Shown here piece after piece: positions 39,024 through 52,213 of a stretch of 64,000 nt of DNA. Under the pieces are notes generated by a model. That model did no database searches. It saw only the letters and a list, made by a program, of their open reading frames with translations, and had not been told where the DNA came from. Origin of the DNA: Lama glama (lineage: Eukaryota); assembly GCA_028534125.1 (NCBI GenBank), contig CM052818.1:12278001-12342000 (forward strand), read 5' to 3'. The first letter of the stretch is position 1, and the number at the start of each line of letters is the position of its first letter. Made by a program: the position numbers and the translations under genes.

Positions 39024-41418
39024 TCTTTCTTCACTTGTTTCCTAAAATACATCTTCTTAAGCTAGGAGTTAAAGACTTTTGATTTCCATCAAAGGACATT
39101 TTACTGCTACACAAATAGTGTCACATTATTTTGCTTGTCTGGTTCTGCCTGCTTTGCTTGGTTCTGTCTTTTCCGTCCGATGGTACCTGCAGCATCTCAC
39201 TGCTTTCCCAAAGTCCTGCCCCCGGCTTTATTTTATACCCAGTTATGTAGGCTGCTTCACGTTACCTGAGCAGAGCATGAGTGTAAGGATTTTCCTCTTT
39301 TTTTAATCGCAATTTGCCATTCAGGGAATTTTTTTTTAAACTAATTTCTGTATTCGAATTAGTGTTCCTGGTAGGTCAGATTGCTTAAAGTTTGATCATC
39401 AGATAAGTTAAATGATATTTATATATCACTTGAAATAAAAATTCTCTTTTAGTTAGATAAAGACCGGTAAGGCTCAAAATAATCTTTCTTAGTGATCATT
39501 TAATTTTGGTCGGCTTAAGATGCTATTTGTATTAAGCTAACAGGGTGCTAATATAACATAGGTTTTTAGTCATTTGAAGCCATTTTCATTCATTAAGAAA
39601 AATCTCTCTCTAGATTAGATTATCATAAGGGTTTGAATAGCAATAGGGACTCCTTGGTGGAGGCCTGAGGATTTTCCAGATGAGTGCACACTCTGTTTCA
39701 ATGCCTTCTTGAAAAGCATAGAATTTTTTTTTTAACTGTAAAGCAGAAGACGGACAGTGTATCCAGCTTTGCTTTGGCAGAAAAAATAAAATCAGATACA
39801 TTTTGTGCTGGATTCATATATTGGACCGATAATATATTATGATTTATGTAATTCCAGGACATGTTATAATATCAACATCCTGATTTATAATTTTTCAGAA
39901 TATTTTAGATATTAATTCTGGCATCCAAATTCTTTTTTGCTCTTGATTTTAGCTTTTAAAATATATTAAGTGTAATAATTTTTTTTTGTGTTCTGACTGC
40001 ATTCCATACTGATGCATGCATGTGGGGAAAAAAAAAACATATAATTTCCTAAAAGGCATGAATTGCAGAGGACCTTAGAAAGTTATTTAATTTCTTTGGA
40101 AGAGAGCGCCTTTCTGTATAGTGTACACATCACGTCCTTCACAACTGTTTTATATACTCTCCAAACCCGGATGCCCTCCCACCCCAGGAGCCACTTAAAA
40201 GCAGCTGGAGACATATTCCCTTGTTTTGTCCCAGCCTGGGTTTTGTCTCTCCCAATTCCAAGTCTCCTACTTTCCTTAGTTTCTCTGGCTGTGGCTCTCA
40301 GGGCTATCTAAACACTCGGAGAAAAATTACTCTCTAGCAACTTGAAATTCCCTCATCCAAGTTTTGGTCTTGGAACACTGTACCCTTAGCCACGGGGCCA
40401 GTGATCTTGATGAACCTCTGTTCAAAGTGATTCCAACCAGTTCAGCCTTGAGGACAAATGAGGAAAATGAGGAGGCCAAGAGAACGACCATGGGTCAGCA
40501 CTCACGGAGCAGGATGTACTTTTCCGTACTAGGCTCTCCTTAGTCCATCACATTATCTCTAAATCTTTCAGAAGGAAGGATTGTAGAATTATAAAACTCA
40601 ACTTTGTATAATTTATTTTTTGTGATAGAAGACATATCTGTGATTAATTGCAAACTTTAAATATATAATACATTTGGCCACAGATTTTTTTTAAGCCGAA
40701 GCTTATCAGAGAGGTTGAGAGATAGTAGTTACAGAGTTGAGACCTGCAGGTGAGTATTATATTGCTCTTTTTTTCCTTTGAGCCATCCTAAGTTCTATAT
40801 ACTGTAGATCTATTTCTGAAATTCAGCATAGTATCATTAATATATGATGCTTTTAGTAACCTTCCTGCTGGTGGAAGATGGAACAGTGCATTCCCTTAAG
40901 GAAATGAAACCCTCTCTGCGTAGGTTTCTGACTTTCTTTGGAAATGTGTAAGAAAAGTTTCAGGAGTCTGCAGGGCCAAAATAATAGGTAAAATTAATCA
41001 GAATTGGAGGGTTACAAAAGTCAAGCAAATACTACAAATATTATAGTAAGACATGTAAATTAGGTTCAGAATTTAACTCTTCTGCAGACTTTGATTTTAT
41101 CAGCTTAATTTCTGGAGTACCAATTTGATGCTTACCCAGGTATTACCTACTGAAAAATCTGGGTTATGAGCCAAAAATTCCCTCCACTTTCTAGTAGAAT
41201 GGTAATTAACGTGTATTTTTAATTCTGAAAGCTTTTATGAACAAAAAATCTTTAGAGATCAGGTAAGACATTGCCCTAGTTTCTAAGAGAAAAAGAGAAG
41301 GGTTAAGCGCCCATACACTGACAGAACTGGGTTTATGTGCAATTTTTTCTAGCTGTGTAATTGGGATTGAATTTAATTTTCATCTATCTCTTATTTTTCA
41401 TTTCTCATACTCATAAAA

Positions 41419-41633
41419 CAAGGGCTGGCCAACTATAGCTCATGGACCAAATCCAGATTGCCTCCTGTGTTTGCAAATAAAGTTTTATTGGAACTCTTAC
41501 ATTTATTTATGCACATATTGTCTCTGACTGCTTTCACACAGAAAGGCAGACTTGAGTTACAGAGATCACATGGCCGGCAAAGTGTAAAATTGTACTAACT
41601 GGCCTTTCACAGGGGAAGTTTGCCGACTCCTCT
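41419..41633. mobile_element. MER58A (hAT-Charlie)
   Basis: ggccaactatagc...ccaaatcc...aaataaagttttattggaac...aagtttgccgac. Confidence 0.85.
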
Positions 41634-41999
41634 CAAAGACTGTCATTTATTGCTCTTAGGGCCCCCTTGTCTGCTTTTCTTGAATGAGGTTGGTTTCTGG
41701 CAATTGGAGAAAAATTTAGTTTCGTCTGGTAGGGGGAAGGATAATGCCACTGCCCTGGTAGCTGGGGCTTGAATTCTTTTTGCATTTCTATCACTTCTGT
41801 CTCTGTTGACTTTCTAAGTTAAGGTAACGTCTCTGCTCTGACTCTCCGTGTTGTCCTCCTCGTCTGTAACAAGAGGAAGTTGGTCTGTGTGATTTCTGAG
41901 GTTTCTCTCCCTCTCCTTTTCCTTCCTTCCTCCCTTCCTCCTTTCCCTTTCTTCTCTTTCTTTCCTCTGACCTGTTTATCAATTCAGATTGTTCCTTGT

Positions 42000-42240
42000 T
42001 ACAGTCTCTGAGTGCAGCCTTTCCTGACCAGTCCTGCCCCAGTTAACTTCTTCCTCTGAAATCCATAGCATTGGAACATAAATATATATTGTGTTATGGT
42101 GCCTGTTTCATTTATATTATACTGTTACTTGTTCTTGTTTATTGTTTTAAATTATAAGCTCCCTGAGAGTAACAACTGTATGTTCCTCCTCACCACATCC
42201 CTTATCACAGCTGTGTCTGAAGTAGACGCTAAATAATTAT
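42000..42240 (+). mobile_element. L2 3' end
   Basis: agcctttcctgacc...ataagctccctgagag...gtagacgctaaataa. Confidence 0.55.
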
Positions 42241-43921
42241 TCTCTCTCTCTCTCTTTTTTTGCCAGGGGCTGGTATTTAGGAACTTGCTGGACATATGAG
42301 CAATTATCCCACATGTCCTAAAAGGATCTGGATCTAGTGTTTTTGCACTTACATAAAAGTAGTTACGCGTAATTAGGGAAAATCGCTGTACTTGGGTCAG
42401 GCTTGCAAGGATAGAGACAGCAAGTAGAACGCAGTGCATTGGTTATCCTGCCTGGGTTGTAAGGAATTGTAGAAACAGTCGTGGGAGATGATAGATCAGA
42501 ACTGAAACTCTAAATGTATGTCTAATCCAGACTAAAATGTACAATTCTCATTACATGGGGAAAAGTGAAAGTGCTGGAGAGTATTTTATATACTATAGTG
42601 TATAAAGGAGAGCCATTGGCTGATAATGGGGCTGTTTGTTGTTGTTGCTCATACTTTTTGATTCTCTAAAAGGTACTTCAGAGTTTATTAGAAAACCACA
42701 AAAGATGCAGTTTTTTCTTTCATCCCATATGATGGAGTCAAGATAGACAGTCATCCCACCCATCTTCCTTCCTAATTAGTTAATTTTTGGTGATTTAACC
42801 TCTAGAAGAATGTTTGAATAAGGTGTATCTATATAATTTATTGTTATTCTTTACTTTTCATTGATATTTAAGATTAGGTCATTTTATTTTTAATGCAATG
42901 CCTTTGTTCTCTGGTTTCGAGATTGTGACAACTTATTTAGTTGTTAGAAATAAGTATAACTTACTATGCAAAGACTAGCTAAAGCAGTGGCATGGAAAAG
43001 TGGTAGTTATTTGAACTAGACCCAACATCAAGAGACAGACTTATCTGAGGGGAAAATTTGAAACAGTATCACAGGGTCTTCTCTCCTCTTGGTTGGTCTT
43101 CAGTGTGTCCATTAATGTAACAAGAATATATGTTACATGGGGGTTAAGGGGGTCATATATCCATGTGCCATATGGTTTTTATTACATTAATTCAGCTAAA
43201 AAGAAAGAAGAAATACCTCAGACCAATGAGTAATTTCTAAGTAGAATTTCAACTTGTTTTGAAAATACAGAAGGATATACAAAAACATTTATCATTTTCA
43301 AAAATATCAAGCCTTGGCACAATTTGTGTACCTCTCTGTTGCACAAATGATAAAACATGTTTTAAGAAGAAAAGGAATTTATGATCGCAGCAGTTTCTGA
43401 TTCAGCAATGACTTGAAATACATACCAAAAATAATGAAGGAAGACTGTACATTTTTATTTCATTTGTCATTGTTTTACTGGGTTCACACCAGGTTCTAGG
43501 TATGGCATGGGGCACGTAGAAGAAATCATCCCAGATCCCCAGGAAGTTGGATTTATCCCTTGGTCCAAGAAAATAACACTGCATAAAATGTACTCATAAC
43601 ATCACACCCACTTAGTCTTGCCCACCCTGGATATCATTCAAAAGAAGGATGTGTGTGCTTATTGTAGTGGCTTTTTGAGGTTTTCACTAAAATTACATCT
43701 TATTAATGAAAGAATTTTTGACTGAGCCTTTAAAACATTTCCTGAAAGTCCAAAGAAATTTCTATCTACAAATCTTTTAAGTATTGAAGAGTAATAGAGC
43801 TTTTTGGTTGGCAAATGCTTAGGTCCCTGCAGTGTGTCACTCCCTTTTGGTTTAGAAGATTGAAGACAACATGGACTGAAATAAACTTGCTGTTTCCATT
43901 ACACAGTGGGTAAAGACATCT

Positions 43922-43984
43922 TTGTCTAGAATTTAAAGATGCTAGGGGTAATTGTCTAGAATTTAGGGAAGCTAGGGGTAATTG
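43922..43984. repeat. 30-bp tandem duplication (2 copies)
   Basis: ttgtctagaatttaaagatgctaggggtaa / ttgtctagaatttagggaagctaggggtaa, 3 mismatches. Confidence 0.9.
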
Positions 43985-46900
43985 AATTAATTGAACATTC
44001 AATTAAAAATCTCATGCCAGTTAGAGAATGTCTTAGCAATTATTCAAATAAGAATCCAAACCAGTTAATATGAAGTGACTGTGGTTGAACAGGACAAAGA
44101 AAAAGTGCAGAGAAAACAACATCTTATGACATAATGGTTGCACATATACCAACACACTGAATTAGTTTTGCATTTGACTTCTGAAGATGAGAATGGCAAT
44201 TAGAAAAGCAAAGCAAACACATAAATAAGTGCATCATTTATGAATAGGAGGACAGAAGTCAATAGTGTTAAGGAATTCTTGAGTAATGTCTCATGATGGA
44301 TGCAGACAGAAAAAAACTTTTCCTTTGAATGAGATCGTGCAAAAAGTTAGTGAGCTCTTCCTTTCTGAATCAGGTTGGGGATCACCCATTCTAGGATCAG
44401 AGACCAAATTCCAGTCCATGAAATGACAGATGGGAAGGACACACTTCCTTTGCCTTCCATTTTTCTTCCTTTGCTTCTGATATTTCCTTCTTTCCTGTCA
44501 CCCCAACGCTCATAGAGACTGGGAGAAGCCAGAGGTAGGGGTCCTTTTCTCCCATCCTGCTCTACCCACTCACTGCTATCCATCCCGCCATGGTGAATGG
44601 CAGGACTCAGTACTTGCCAGACTCTGGAGGGACTGCCGGGGCCCTGTCTATCATAGCAGTGAAAAGCAGTTTCCTGCCATCCGTTCTTGAGTTGATGGAA
44701 GAACAGAATCACTGAGTCATAACTCTCATCTGGATTTCAAATCCATCTTTGAGAAAAAGTAAACTGTTGTTCTTGGATGAGCCCCAGGGACTGCAGCTTA
44801 ATTTCTCAGTTCATTTTCCCCTCTTAGCTTATGTACGTATGTGGGTCCCTCTATAGTTTCCTTACGAAAATGTGCATTTTTCATACCACAAAAGCAGCAA
44901 AAAAAATCACTTTTTGGTAAATATTCTTTCAGTAGAATTGCAATCAATGTCGTCAGAGCTAACAAGCAGATGGATGTATTTGAATGCCATTATCTTGTGT
45001 ACAACGATATTATCTGTTTCATGAAAAATTCAGCAGTTTGGGCTGCTTTAGTGAAGGGAAGATGGAAGTTAAAAAAATAGCAAGAAAAACATGATCAGAC
45101 TCAGAGTCCCTGAGGGGGTCCCATTGCATCATTTAGCAGGAGAATGAGCAATGCAGGAGGAGCAGCGACGGTGGAGGGCTGTCTGTGCTCCTTATGGCAT
45201 TCTTGGCTTCAGGTCCCACTCAAGCCCCACAGCTGTAGGTGGGAGCTCCTGGGCCTGCTAAAGCATCACACCGTGACATTTTTATCATCCGTCTAAGAGA
45301 AGAAAATAAATTTGCTAACAGAAGAGACCTGGCAGGCTCAGACTACCTTGTCACATTCCAGACATCTCCTAGTCTGGCCCGAGCCAGAGGAAACCTACAT
45401 GTGGGCCAGAAAGTGTATGATGGACATGGAGTAGACTTAAATAGTCTGGGAGAAGAATGTGGGTTTTCTGAGAGAGGAGTATGTATGTTGTTTTTTTATT
45501 GGTGGTTTGAGAAATGAAAACACTTGGGCTTCGGAGGGATGTGACCTCAAGTTTGATTCTCTATAGGCCAAGGATATACTGACATGGGGAAAAATGGAGT
45601 TTAAAATTGGGCTGATTTTTTTAGATAATGTACAGAGTGAGGAAAAAGAACCCAAACAGGCCCTGCACACAAAAAAAATTTTTTTCAAGGTTTTCTGTCA
45701 TCTGATGACTGAAAATACGAACTCCTTGGAGACCTCATACAAGGTGATATCTACCTACTTCTCCACACTGGCTTATTTCTTTCTTCTCTGAATATATTCT
45801 CTGCCTTAACTCATATTTGGGGGGGGGGGTTGGGGGAGCTGGAATATCCTATCTCACTATCCTAGACTGAGCTTTTTGAAGTCGTCCTTCTATAAAAACG
45901 TATTTTAAGTTTCATTATTTTGGTGAGGGCTTCCTCGGTGACTGCTATCTTTTCTGAATGTCTACTAAGTATGGTTTGTAGGATGCATTTTTCACAAAGC
46001 AGGTCTTGCCTTGTGTTGCTTGTAAAATCTTGCACATCCCCAAAGGGGCCATGAGTCACTGGAGGTTAATCTTAGCGATTCCAGCATCTAACAAGCTGCC
46101 CTAAACACAGGAGACAGCCAGAAAGTGTAATGTATTGGTAATGCTGATGAAGAATGGCATAGTTCATGTTCTTATAATTAAATTGTGTGAATGATGACAT
46201 CGGATTATTGTAGGGAATTGCAACATCATAATATCACAAGGTCTCGTATAAATACTTTCCCTTATCTTATTTAGAAGAACTTTAAAAAAATTGCTTTTGT
46301 TTATCTCTCTGAGTTATTTCAGTAAAGAAGGATTGTTATGAGAATTAAGCTCTTCTAGGAAAAATAATACATGACTAACAGCTTGCTACATACAGGTGTC
46401 CTCGGAGAAGATTCTGAGGAGCACAGATTTTGAGGAGCCAAGCACACAGACATATTAACTGTAGCACAGCACATGATAGTTAAAACAAGAGTTCTCAAAT
46501 TTATTACTTCTATTGTATTTCCAAGGGCATTGTATGAATACGATTTGCTCTGGGGGAGATTATTTCACATTGGATCCTGAAAAACTCAGGGTAGATCTTG
46601 AAGATATGAGGATGGGCATGGGGGATATGCATGACTATTTTTCCACTAGACAGATACTTCTAATAGATAGATTCCACAATCTTAATTTTCTCCGTGGCCC
46701 CTTCTGTGATCTCCTGCATCTTTTCTTTTTCTTCCATTCTTGAGGTTTTCCTCACTTTGACCCATCTCATTCCATCTTCCTTCTTTCCTTCTCTTCGAGT
46801 CCTCTCTTAGCCAGTAATGACCATAAATGTCATTGGATGTAATCATTTAAGTTTCATTAAAATAATTTTTTATTTAAAAATCACTGTGCAGATACTACAT

Positions 46901-49900
46901 CATTCCCTTTTTAATCTGCTACATTCAAATTAGAGTGTCTTTATATCTACATATTTTACTAGTGAAGAAATTAACATGAATTTCTTTCATGCTAATATTA
47001 ATAGTTTGAATAAAGTATATTTAATTTTTTACCTCTAAATGATGCATCAGGAGAATTGATGAAATGAGGGATTTTTCTTCATGATGAAAATGTGGCCATT
47101 TCTATTAAAAAAAAACTCTCTGCTGTGGGGAAAAAAAATGAAGCTGGTAGTTAGATATTTTATAGAGATATGTTTTACAACTTATAGGTGAACAAGAGTG
47201 CTATATTTAAACCCATTTGAAAATCTAATAGAAATTATCTGAAAAGTGGAATAGCAGAAAAGTTTTTTTTTTTGTAGAATGCTAACTCTGCATGGAATTT
47301 ATGTAAAATTCTAGCAAGAGGAGAGCAGTAGAAGTCACATCACTTTAAACCCTGTGAGTCAATGGGTTCTTTCATAAAGAAAGTGCATACCTTGTACTGG
47401 TTAATGATAGATAACTTGAATATAGTAACAGAGGTGTCTATGAGCAAATGTAGAAGATAAGGAATTTAATATTCCTTTTCTGATTTACTGACTTGTAAAT
47501 AGGTCAAGGACTACCTCTTTAACTTCGACCTGATGCATTGCGTAGGGTACAGGGCACAAATGCTCACAAAATATTCTTGACTAGAGATTATGAATCTCCG
47601 GGTTTAACAAGATTCCTGTTAGGAACACTGGCCAGTTTTTGCAATGACAACAGAGGATACCAGAGTAGAAGGTCTACAGAAACATCAGCATATTTGTTGA
47701 TGGAAATTTTTAAAGAAATCAGCTCTTGATGTTTTAGCATGACTGGTGGTGAGCCCGGGACTGTCATAGTTCTGCCTGAGAAGACAGTCCCTGTTTTCTA
47801 CTTCTTGTACCCAGGGCTGTTAACACGAGGGAGGGCTTTATTAAATGATGGTTTTAGGTGATGTGAGCTTTAAGAATAAAGATGGGCTGCTTGCTCCCAT
47901 TTCTGTGAAATGTTACCTGCACTCTAAGAGGATGCAGAGTATCTTTAGACCTTGAATCAAGAACATTGTGTAAGTATGTTATTTAAAATTCTCTATTACT
48001 GTGTAACAAATCGAGGAGACCGTATTGGCCCTGGCTTGCCATTCATTCAGCTCTCGAAATGACAGCTTTCACTCTGCAGACTTGTGAGCATTGTTATCTT
48101 GCCTATCCCCACCATTATGAACAAATTAAAATTCAAGATTGAAATATTGTCATCAGTTGAGAGAGCTGCCAGCTCTTTAAGAAGAGCCCATCTTTCATGA
48201 TAAAGTCAGAATTTATTCTTTGGAGCAAAAAAATGGAAGCTGTACATTCCTAGCATGGTCTGATTTCACTATTTTCCAGAGGCCTGAGGAAGGTTAGAAA
48301 GGAAGTTATGGGATTAAAAAAATATTTAATCTAAGTTGTAAAGGAGCTTGGAACCACACCACAAGCATCATAATTAACTTTAATAATTATAAATGTAAAT
48401 GCAGACAAGCCACAAGGTTTTAATGGTGTGCCACATGCTTCTGCTAATTATTTTAGAGTTTGGACACATTCAGTGCCAGCTAATTATAAACCCTGCTATG
48501 GAAATCATCTGTTTATATTAGACTTATTGATCTCTAGTGTTTAAGCAATATGAAAAGGGAAATCTACAATGCTGGACCATCTGCTTTGTATTCCTAATTG
48601 CTTTTAAGGAATCAAATATATAAATAGTCAGCTTTTTATATATTGGGCTTCAAACTCTTTCAAGAAACATATTGTGCAAACCCAAGTGAATTAAAAAAAA
48701 AAAAAAGCCTGTTTGGAATGTTGCTTCCCTGACTCCTCTCAGGAACCCTCCCCTTACCCACATGATGCCCTCCCCTGACCTTTCTGCAAGATCTCCTTCC
48801 ATTCTTCTGGATCTCACAGACTGGTCAAGGCAGCTGAGACTTCAGATATTTACCCTCTTTTAATTACCCCCTTTCTTTTCCTTCCTAAGAACAAGTCCTC
48901 TTCCCCACCCTACCCCACCTCCTCATGGCCATGACAGTTTATTGCCATTTCACTCTACGGGAAGATGGCAAGGAAGAGCTGTCCAGGTGAATGGTGCCCT
49001 CTTGCAGGAGCTATTTAACTTTATGGCAAATTAAATCTACTGGCATGTGGGTAGATGCCTCGTTGGTGGGACCAGCGTGGGATTACCTCTCATCACTACC
49101 AGGCCTGGCGGGCACGTCTTCTCTTAGATGAGAGTCTTGTGATCCTGCATGGAGATTGGGTTTAAATGGAGAAAAAATGATTGTTTAGAATGACGTTATT
49201 TGCTTCATTCATTCTTGTCTAGATGGTTGTTTTAGTGTTCAAATAGCTAGCTAAAAAAAAAAATCTGCACATTGGAAAAGATGTCTTTAAATATCCTATT
49301 TATCTGTTGGAGACATTCATATTGAATCATAAAATTATTGGCTTATTATTCCTATTATTTACTCCTGTTACACTAGGAGTTCTTCTTCCCAGTGCTCTAC
49401 CGTCATATATTTCACCAACAGCAATAATTAAAGGCTAATAATTAATATCTATTATGTATGTGCTACATGGCATGAAATAATTATTATATAGTCTCCCTAG
49501 GTTTAGGACCCTTTATTAGCTTTTGTGAGTAATATAAAGATAGGATTAATTTGTAATTTCATAGAAACCTTACGTGATATAAACGTAAAGTAAAACTTCT
49601 GGCTTTTTAAGTACTTTTTTTCTTTTAGTCATATTAAAGTTGTGAATTTTATACTAAGGGATCAATGGACATTATCAGTTTGTCATTCTTTTGTCATTAC
49701 ACAATTAAACACCGACACCCAAGGCTTGGAGCTGGCGGAGGTTTAAGGACTAACTCCAGCTGGTTGACGCGGAAATGGTACAGAGGAGAGTCGCTCACCC
49801 TAGTTATAAGAAACAACTCGGTGTTTAGGAGGAAGTTCTGGCATATTTCATCATGCTCTTAATAAAGATTTAATTTAAAAATATCTGCTACCAACAGTAA

Positions 49901-49945
49901 TGTGCAGTCATATGTTTGGGGAAACATTTATATGAAATAAACATG

Positions 49946-49988
49946 CATATACACACACACACACACACACATACATACATACATACAG
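49946..49988. repeat. (CA)n/(CATA)n microsatellite
   Basis: Read directly. Confidence 0.9.
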
Positions 49989-51116
49989 ATCCCAAGGTTT
50001 GTTGAAATGGCTGTGACTTTTCCACAGTAAATTCTCTGTAAGAAATCGGCTCCTCTGAGGTACTTTCTCTGCTCCGTACAAAGGCTTCACTCATTCTATT
50101 TTTTTTCTGTAGCTTTGAATGGAAGTTCTATTACCTACCACTTAGGCCTTGTTCTATGGACTACCGGTGTCTCTGAGTTTTAATCTCGGCACATGTATAA
50201 TTGTAGGGCAGGCCTTCTGTATAATCTAAGTTCATTCCAATCAGAGCTACAGGTTTCATTCGGCTCTCCAGTGAAAAGAGGATATTCAAAGTCAGAAAGA
50301 AATTAAGAGCTTTCTTAAAAGGTGCTTTAAACAGCTCATGTTCCCTAAGCCCTCAAAGAAAGTTGCAAATCAAGAGGACACAATTGGCAGCAACACTATC
50401 AAAGCTCTTCTGATAATGCTGCCATTTAAATTGAATAATATTGTTTAATGGGCTTTTTAAAAGCAGCCATCCTTTGGATGTGACACTCCAGCACGATTAT
50501 CTTCTGTTCCCATTTAAGAATACAACAGTCCGGTGATAATTATAACATTCATTTCCATCTGGAGTTCAAGGGACGTATACATGTGAATGTGGAGAGAGAT
50601 GAGCATCTTCTATTTGTAAAGTGGACACAGATTTAGTGTTTGTGACACCTGGCATTCCGTGTTTGGCTCATACAGCCTACATGAGTATCTTCTCCCCTGG
50701 TCTTTCTTGCTGCTAGCAAGTTGTGGCAGTTTCCTACAAGTTGGTTTTATGATACTGCTTTAATGAACATGGAAAATATAAATGTAAAAAAATTATTATC
50801 ACTAAAATTTTATTTTCTGTATACTGATATAATTTCAAAGATTCAGTTTGCCCATTTCTTATTGTCATTTAACACAACTCCAAATATCTTAGCATTAAAC
50901 TCACACATTTCCCCATTTCTCTCAATTTGTCCATATGAAGCAAGCATTTTCATTACTAGTTGCTTTTTTTTTTTTTTAAATCTAGGACCAAATAACAATG
51001 TTTAGTATATAGGAGAGCTTCAAGAATTTTTAAGTGTTGTTGAATGGATGATTTTAGCAAATATTTAAATACCCATCAGAGTTTTAACTTAAATCAGCTG
51101 TTAAAAAGTAAAGAAT

Positions 51117-51198
51117 TATTAGGTTGAGCCATATGAAACTGCATTTTTGTAGGTAAAAAACAGTTGACTATCAACTATTTCTATGGTTCAACTTAATA
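51117..51198. mobile_element. MADE2 mariner MITE
   Basis: ~80 bp with TIRs TATTAGGTTGAGCCATATGAAA ... TTTCTATGGTTCAACTTAATA and TA ends. Confidence 0.9.
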
Positions 51199-51874
51199 TT
51201 TTCTAATACGATAGTCTCCTCCTTCTTGTATTTTCTTGGTATATGAGAATGTTTTTGTCTTTAAAAAATGGCATCAAACAATTCTGTTTTAACTATAGTA
51301 ATGTGATGAGGAAAGCCAAATGTGGTGAAATACATTTTTTAGCTGAAAAATGTGGTTTTTATTGATTAACTCCATTTTATTAGCACATAAAATGAGAAAT
51401 TTGACATGTGCTTATACAAAGTTTCAGTTTTGACAATGATTGACCTAATTACAGACTCTTTATTATACACTTTATATGTAGATTTGATATCAAAATTACT
51501 TTTCTTTCTGGTAAGACCTTTCACAGGCCACCTGGGATTTCCCTCCAATAAGGAAAACCCCTCTCAGGCTTGGGTTGGGTTGGGTTGGGTTGTGTTAATC
51601 TGTCAAATCGAAATCCTTTAACATTACCTACCTACCTGTCCATCTTTCAGGTTGTTGTTCTTTTTAAGTTTATAGAAGAAATCGGCAGATTAATGGTGAG
51701 ATCTATAGCCTTTCCTAGTTACAGATGTGGAAGAGAGGGCTACACTGTGAAGTGATCTGCAGTAATGGTTTAAATTTCATGTGTCATGACCCCAAACTTG
51801 TGTAGCTCTCAGTGGATACACTGATTCATAAATAGCATTTCAAAATGTTTTAAACTGTATTACATACATTTTCT

Positions 51875-52213
51875 CCTTTTTTTTTTTATTTTGAAGTATA
51901 GTCAGTTTACAATGTTGTAGCAATTTCTGGTGTATAGCACATTGCTTCAGTCATACATGAATATGCATATGTTCATTTTCACATTCTTTTTCACCGTAAG
52001 CTACTACAAGATATCGAATATAGTTCCCTATGCTATGCAGTATAAACTTGTTTATCTATTTTGTATATACCAAGTCAGTATCTGCAAATCTCAAACTCCC
52101 GATTTATCCCTTCCCACTCCCTTCCCCCTTGGTAACCATAAGTTTGTTTTCTATGTCTGTGAGTCTGTTTCTGTTTTATATATAAGTTCATTTGTCTTTT
52201 CACTTTTTAGATT
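51875..52213 (-). mobile_element. Young 5'-truncated lineage-specific L1 3' end
   Basis: Poly(T) then ttgaagtatagtcagtttacaatgttg...ggtaaccataagtttgttttctatgtctgtgagtctg; TSD tgtattacata(ca)ttttct at 51856-51874 and 52214-52230. Confidence 0.9.
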
